Assembly: GCA_963743635.1 (NCBI GenBank) | Contig: CAVUQO010000003.1 | Coordinates: forward strand, 32,001 to 96,000 | Direction of reading: 5' to 3' | Source of the DNA: Candidatus Babeliales bacterium | Lineage (GTDB): Bacteria > Babelota > Babeliae > Babelales > Vermiphilaceae | DNA length: 64,000 bases | In this document: positions 62,019-64,000 of the stretch, piece by piece | Layout of the letters: every line of letters starts with the position of its first letter | How positions within the stretch are numbered: the stretch's first letter is position 1 | Position numbers and translations under genes: made by a program | The notes under the pieces: model-generated | Told to the model about the DNA's origin: nothing | Seen by the model: only the letters and a program-made list of their open reading frames with translations | Databases searched by the model: none

Positions 62019-62235
62019 CTGAAATCCTTTCGTAATAATTGGTTATATGTACTTACTGTGTTATGCATACACGGTTATCTATTATACCAAAGCGCATAAA
62101 AAACTATAGTTAAAAGTAAGTTTTATACAAATGATCACTGTAAGCAAAATGCAAAGCGATCGTTTTGTTTTGTTATTTCAAGCGGGTGGTATAATTTGAT
62201 TCATTTGAATACGTATATTATTAGAAGGACATTCA

Positions 62236-63058
62236 ATGAATATAATACGGCCGGCTATCTTTTGCGTGATAATGAGTATCTCTTTTTTCTGCGCACGCCA
62301 TTTCTTTAAAAGTAGCATCTTCTCTGACTTTAGTGAGTGCTGCCATTTCGGCTTCTACATCATATGCCGCTATTCAAAAATGTGGCGTCTACATTAGTCC
62401 TGAGATGACGGAAACGATGCACGTAGCTCTTGCCGCGGGATCGACGAGTGCTAACGCTGCAGGAACTTTTTGGTGGTTATATAAAAAGACGCCGCAAGGG
62501 CGTATGCGTGATGCAGGCAAAGAGCTTGATCGCATAAGCTCAGTTCTCTCATTAGATTCGATCAAAAAGGCTGATATGCCAGTAGCTGATTTTGAAGCTG
62601 AGGTATTGAAGCGCGCAGAGCGCGCAAATGCGCGAGATCCATTTCCTGTAGTGAAAACAGCGAGGGATTTAGAAGAATATGATAAACGTGTGATGAAGGT
62701 AGGAGTGCTCTTGCAAAAAGCCCATGCAGATATTTGGCCCCTCGATGATGTATTATTGGAGCGCCATGCACAGGTAAGTGGGCGAGCGGATGAAGTAGGA
62801 AATATTGTTAAAGATATGTTGGTGAAGATTAAAAGTACGCCAGAATATGCCAAGCATTTGAAATATCATAATGAAAAGCATGCTCAGGATAATCAGGCAG
62901 ACGCGCAGCATCAACAAGCAACTGCCCAAAAACGGATGGTATGGGTGGGTGTAGCGAACGCTGCCGTTAATGCAGTGTCTGCTACCGCGCAGGGGGCTAT
63001 TGCCGTTGCAAAATTGGCTAAATCGGCGATTGATCCATTCAATCCTTTTAAGAGATAA
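62236..63058 (+). CDS. Hypothetical secreted/membrane protein (probable homopolymer frameshift near 62285)
   Basis: AAGGA RBS and ATG 62236 (MNIIRPAIFCVIMSIS) join ...FSAHAISLKVASS in the frame of ORF 62333-63058 if the T6 run is corrected. Confidence 0.6.
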
Positions 63059-63100
63059 ATCCCTTTAAACAGGCGTTTTCTCTCCTAAAAATACCCTTTC

Positions 63101-63129
63101 TTGCTATTTGTAATTCCTTACGGTAAGAT
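63101..63129 (+). promoter_or_regulatory. Sigma70-type promoter
   Basis: TTGCTA-17nt-TAAGAT; expected +1 near 63136. Confidence 0.6.
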
Positions 63130-63135
63130 GAAAGT

Positions 63136-63294
63136 ATGAATATTAAAAAAAATACCACTCAAAACTCAGTAGCGGGCATCGATTTCGGTGCTATGGTTAT
63201 TACCTCTAACCCGGTAAATAGCCAGAGTTGCGCTCTTTCTTATGTAAACTTTTCTTACTTTTACTTTATCTGCCGAGGGTCGCAGTATGCCTAA
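63136..63294 (+). CDS. Putative Phe/Tyr attenuation leader peptide (52 aa)
   Basis: MNIKKNTTQNSVAGIDFGAMVITSNPVNSQSCALSYVNFSYFYFICRGSQYA; aromatic cluster YVNFSYFYF near the end. Confidence 0.65.
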   Translation: MNIKKNTTQNSVAGIDFGAMVITSNPVNSQSCALSYVNFSYFYFICRGSQYA

Positions 63295-63364
63295 GCTATA
63301 AAGTAAAAATTATAGGCAAAAATTGCGAAAACCTCAGTTCTAAAAAACTGGGGTTTTTTGTTTT
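63259..63364 (+). promoter_or_regulatory. Transcription attenuator (alternative hairpins and terminator)
   Basis: TTTTACTTTAT/ATAAAGTAAAA; GAGGgTCGCA/TGCGAaaaCCTC; terminator AAAACCTCAGTT/AACTGGGGTTTT with T tract. Confidence 0.7.
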
Positions 63365-63440
63365 ATATCATCAAGTGTCAGTGTATTATGATCTATGAAT
63401 ATAATCGAAGCTAAAATCACATATTAATAAAGGAATTTAT

Positions 63441-64000
63441 ATGAAGAAACAATTAATAATTATCGGGATGTTGGGTATATGTGCCGTTGGATTCGTGGCG
63501 CTCAAGCGAATGCAAACACCAGCAATTGCAGCTACCTACACCATCGGCATACTCCAAACTGCTTCGCATCCGGCGCTTGATGCAACGCGTGAAGGGTTTA
63601 TGGAGGAGCTTAAAAGTAAAATGGGAGACGACGTTGCGTTTGTGGAGCAAAATGCGCAGGGCTCAATTACGAGCGTGCATACCATAGCGCAACAATTTCA
63701 TGCGAAAAAACAATATGCTGCATTCTTTGCCATTGCGAGTCCTGCAGCCCAGGCGCTGCACGCGATCGAAAAAGAACGGCCAATAATTATCGCCGCAGTC
63801 AGTGATCCTAATGCTATAGGATTGGTGTATCCAAGAAACAATGTGTGCGGTACGAAAGATATGATTGATGTAAGGGCTGGTGTCGAGCTCTTGACGCAGT
63901 TAGTGCCTAAAGCAAAAACAATTGGTCTTTTATATGCATCAGGTGAAACGAATTCAATAGTTTTGATTAAGGATATGCATAAAGAACTTGAGGCCCGTGG
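63441..64000 (+). CDS. ABC transporter substrate-binding protein, ABC_sub_bind (Tyr/Trp-binding, TrpX-like) family; runs off the window
   Basis: Own translation: MKKQLIIIG...IGILQTASHPALDATREGF...QNAQG...PIIIAAVSDP..GLV...KTIGLLY..GETNS; AAGGA RBS. Confidence 0.88.
   Translation, partial: MKKQLIIIGMLGICAVGFVALKRMQTPAIAATYTIGILQTASHPALDATREGFMEELKSKMGDDVAFVEQNAQGSITSVHTIAQQFHAKKQYAAFFAIASPAAQALHAIEKERPIIIAAVSDPNAIGLVYPRNNVCGTKDMIDVRAGVELLTQLVPKAKTIGLLYASGETNSIVLIKDMHKELEAR

Noticed and set aside
63136..63364. T-box riboswitch upstream of the ABC substrate-binding gene
   Set aside because: No T-box consensus (AGGTGGTACCGCG-like) before the terminator; a leader-peptide model fits the pairings
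63453..63687. ORFs 63453-63650(-) and 63481-63687(+)
   Set aside because: The real gene is the frame starting at 63441, which runs off the window and so is missing from the track

Overview
A 64-kb AT-rich bacterial chromosome segment. The gene repertoire (many orphan signal-peptide proteins, ankyrin/WD40/beta-propeller proteins, a type II secretion module, little biosynthesis) suggests an intracellular parasite of eukaryotes, most like Ca. Dependentiae/Babelota (TM6); this is inference, not a database result. Housekeeping genes: uvrC, clpB, tpiA, secG, mlaEF, dcd, MoxR ATPase, eno, aspS, nfo, infB, nusA, comEC, two M16 peptidases, ldh, mutY-like and two ABC components. gspC, gspD, eno and aspS are frameshifted, most likely by sequencing indels. 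Features not explained by the ORF track: (1) two tandem 24-aa Lys-rich histone-H1-like microprotein genes identical in protein but differing at 7 synonymous sites (59965-60148); (2) about ten orphan secreted proteins whose predicted mature chain begins with Met, including a four-gene cassette-like array with shared promoter, signal-peptide and hairpin modules (3.9-10.7 kb); (3) a decayed GIY-YIG nuclease gene inside 71-bp inverted repeats, a collapsed copy of that site at ~1.1 kb and a dispersed nested REP/REPIN-like family; (4) a probable oriC at 48.55-48.9 kb with two opposed 11-bp-phased arrays of TTATCCACC boxes and no neighbouring dnaA; (5) a leaderless Phe/Tyr leader-peptide attenuator upstream of an ABC substrate-binding gene; (6) a candidate sRNA at ~0.94-1.05 kb.
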